A DNA stretch of 63,180 nt, the filler included, from Chiloscyllium plagiosum (Eukaryota), in assembly GCF_004010195.1 (NCBI RefSeq). It is 5 parts of one record of this genome, joined end to end, with 100 filler letters (N's around TTAATTAATTAA, not from the genome) between each part and the next. Parts side by side here need not be neighbours in the genome. Positions count along the whole stretch, not along the records: positions 56,252 to 63,180 come from NC_057712.1; 4 more parts are not named here. The stretch is one strand, 5' to 3'. The position numbers and the translations under genes were made by a program. The notes below the pieces were generated by a model. The model saw only the letters and a program-made list of their open reading frames with translations. It had not been told where the DNA came from and did no database searches. Positions 61,511 through 63,180 of the stretch are shown piece after piece (the stretch's first letter is position 1; each line of letters begins with the position of its first letter).

Positions 61511-62456
61511 TCTGAAGAGGGCAAAGGGTGGTGGATTTAAAATAGGCAGGAGGAGAAAGTACTTCTCTCAAATGTCATGAATCTGTGGGAATCACTACCC
61601 CAGAATGAAGATATTGAGTAAATTTAAGGATGACATCTATGGATTTTTAATTAGCAATCAGCTGAAGGATTATGGAAAACATGCAGGAAAGTGGAGTTAA
61701 TGCTAAGTTGATCACACTGAATGGCAGAGCAGGCTCAAGGGGCTGAATTATCCACACTTGTTCCTAGATCCTACGTTGCTAACTGCAGTAACTGACTCCA
61801 TTTAATAATGCAATACCATCTCCTCATTTACATCCTCCATTGTTTTGCCTGAAGATCCTATATCCCGGAATGTTGAGTTGCCAACTGTTGATCTTGCTCA
61901 AATCCCAAGACCAATTTTTTAAAACATGTACACGCAAAATGGACTAAAAGCATCCTACAGAAATGTTTGTTCTGAGAGCAGTTATTACATCATATGCATG
62001 ACTTCCATTCGCAAAGTGATCATTCCAATAATCTACCACTCTATACAATCAGAAATTCCTGAACCTGCCTGGGTTTCAAAGGCCTCAGCATTAAACTCAG
62101 CAGCTCTTCTACCATCACCATTCCAACTAAAACTGTTACATCATCAGGCTTAAACCCATCGGCTCTTCTATCTCCATTCTAGGTCAAACTAATTTAACAA
62201 ATGCTTTCAAAATAGAAGTGGATAAACACCTGAAGTGAAAAAGAATGTTGTTGGGCTACAGTGAAAGGAAGGGAAGTGAAATTGACTGATTTGCACTGAC
62301 AGGCAGCCAGCAGGGCTGTGAGAAATGGCCTCCTTCGATTCTGTAATCATTCCACGAATCTGTGAAAAAAGATCTAAATTGGGAGATGGCGTAAACCTTA
62401 GGAAACAACAATGCACTGCTGCAAAACAGCTTTTAATTGGTGGTTTGTGTTTCTAG

Positions 62457-62785
62457 GAGAAAGTGAGGACTGCAGATGCTGGAGATCAGAGCTGAAAAAT
62501 GTGTTGCTGGAAAATCGCAGCAGGTCAGGCAGCATCCAAGAAGCAGGAGAATCGACGTTTCGGGCATAAGTCCTTCTTCAGGAAAGTTTGTGTTTCTAGA
62601 CCTGGTTCTATGGACAATCCTTGGAATAAAACAAGATCAGAGCTGAAAAATGTGTTGCTGGAAAATCGCAGCAGGTCAGGCAGCATCCAAGAAGCAGGAG
62701 AATCGACGTTTCGGGCATAAGTCCTTCTTCAGGAAAGTTTGTGTTTCTAGACCTGGTTCTATGGACAATCCTTGGAATAAAACAA
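62457..62785 (-). mobile_element. PLE mini-element (family 1) with a 151-bp tandem duplication; two hammerhead cores (62554-62581, 62705-62732)
   Basis: TSD gtttgtgtttctag at 62443-62456 and 62586-62599; unit repeats at 62483 and 62634. Confidence 0.85.
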
Positions 62786-63180
62786 GAAAAATACGCAGAT
62801 GTTGGAACATCTGAAACAAAAAAAAATGAAATATCAGAGAATTCAGCAGAGTATTTGTACAGAAGGCAACAGTTAACATACAAGGGCATGCAGAATGAAT
62901 ATGGTGAGTGAAAATAGTACAAATTATGATGCTTTACATTAGCTCAGCAGGGGACGATAAATAATTGCTAGTTCAGGAAAACAATTCTTGACCTTGGGAA
63001 GATAAAGATGATGAATCAGCAGCACATAATCAGGAGATGGATAGCAATGAAAAGCTCATTTAAATCACATTTGGTAACAATAATAATATAATACAAGAAA
63101 ATTAAAATACACCTGGCATTAAAGCAAAGTAACTTACACAATGGCAAAGAGATGATCATGATGAGAAGAGCAAAACAAAA

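Noticed and set aside
6008..62785. Recurrent palindromic repeats as a CRISPR array or classical MITE
   Set aside because: They are dispersed with no regular spacers or cas genes; TSDs are long and variable and the arms unequal, which fits PLE retrotransposition

Overview
Vertebrate genomic DNA, very probably from a cartilaginous fish (shark), judging by HE1-type V-SINEs, HER1/CR1 LINEs and a Deu-domain SINE. Most of the window is nested retrotransposon debris: many CR1 copies (one near full length), Rex1/Babar and L2 fragments, three SINE families, and Penelope-like element (PLE) pieces. Two host genes are visible. Two spliced + strand exons of rhotekin (RTKN; 7961-8160 and 18529-18590) are not called as such by the ORF track. 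A single-exon C2H2 zinc-finger ORF (56433-57302, -) has 9 intact fingers and no KRAB/SCAN/BTB domain in the ORF. The most unusual signal is about 20 short (roughly 90-220 bp) PLE-terminal-derived inserts, many palindromic and flanked by 11-17 bp target-site duplications (TSDs). Several carry a minimal type I hammerhead ribozyme core (CUGA[A/U]GA-A-GGGC-loop-GCCC-GAAA-CGUC). There are three sized N gaps and four artificial 100-bp linkers (N44-TTAATTAATTAA-N44), so adjacency across those points is not reliable. TE boundaries were read by eye and are approximate; family names come from motif recognition, not database searches.
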